Shown here one piece after another: positions 63,779 to 64,000 of a stretch of DNA of 64,000 nt. The position numbers and the translations under genes were made by a program. Under the pieces are notes generated by a model. It ran no database searches, was not told where the DNA came from, and worked only from the letters and a program-made list of their open reading frames with translations. Location of the stretch: positions 19,424,819-19,488,818 of the forward strand of contig MU054323.1 of assembly GCA_013239625.1 (NCBI GenBank), read 5' to 3'. Numbering within the stretch: position 1 is the first letter of the stretch; each line of letters begins with the position of its first letter. Source of the DNA: Lama guanicoe (lineage: Eukaryota).

Positions 63779-64000
63779 CTTACACATCATTTAAATAGCC
63801 AGAGACATTCTTCTTAAAATAAGAATAAATTTCACCTGCTAGCTGAAAACAATCCAAAAATCAAAACTGACCATTTTGCACTAGTAATAAAAGTTTTTCA
63901 GATCAATAATTGCTATGTGTTGTTAAATGACATAGATTAGAGACCCGCTGTACTGGCAAATCAATGTTCCCATGTTAGTCAACAGTGTCTGTAAGACAAC

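Noticed and set aside
1..64000. A novel multi-gene system, CRISPR array, tRNA or rRNA
   Set aside because: The sequence is repeat-rich eukaryotic non-coding DNA. I saw no long ORFs, no repeat-spacer array (duplications have only two copies) and no RNA-gene signatures.

Overview
This is AT-rich, CpG-depleted mammalian genomic DNA that reads as intergenic or deep intronic. I found no protein-coding gene, RNA gene or CpG island that I can support, and the ORF track is almost entirely chance ORFs or repeat-derived frames. Much of the window is interspersed repeats: ancient MIR, L2, L1M, MaLR/ERVL LTRs and hAT/TcMar MITEs, plus younger ERV1-type solo LTRs and short cetartiodactyl-type L1 3' ends. 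The L1 tails, and the absence of recognisable ruminant, pig or whale SINEs, suggest a camelid (inference). The most notable structures are: (i) two inverted LTRs of one family at 43-45 kb whose flanks and diagnostic bases suggest a ~1.2-2 kb inversion between them; (ii) a nested LTR stack at 57.7-59.2 kb next to a MER41-like LTR carrying a STAT-type motif; (iii) a 5'-inverted (twin-primed) L1 at 49.8-51.7 kb; (iv) an L2 fossil still open in its ancestral RT frame; (v) a few candidate regulatory or non-coding exon signals in unique sequence. I do not see a novel multi-gene system. Repeat family names come from recalled consensus similarity, not a database search, and the boundaries of old elements are approximate.
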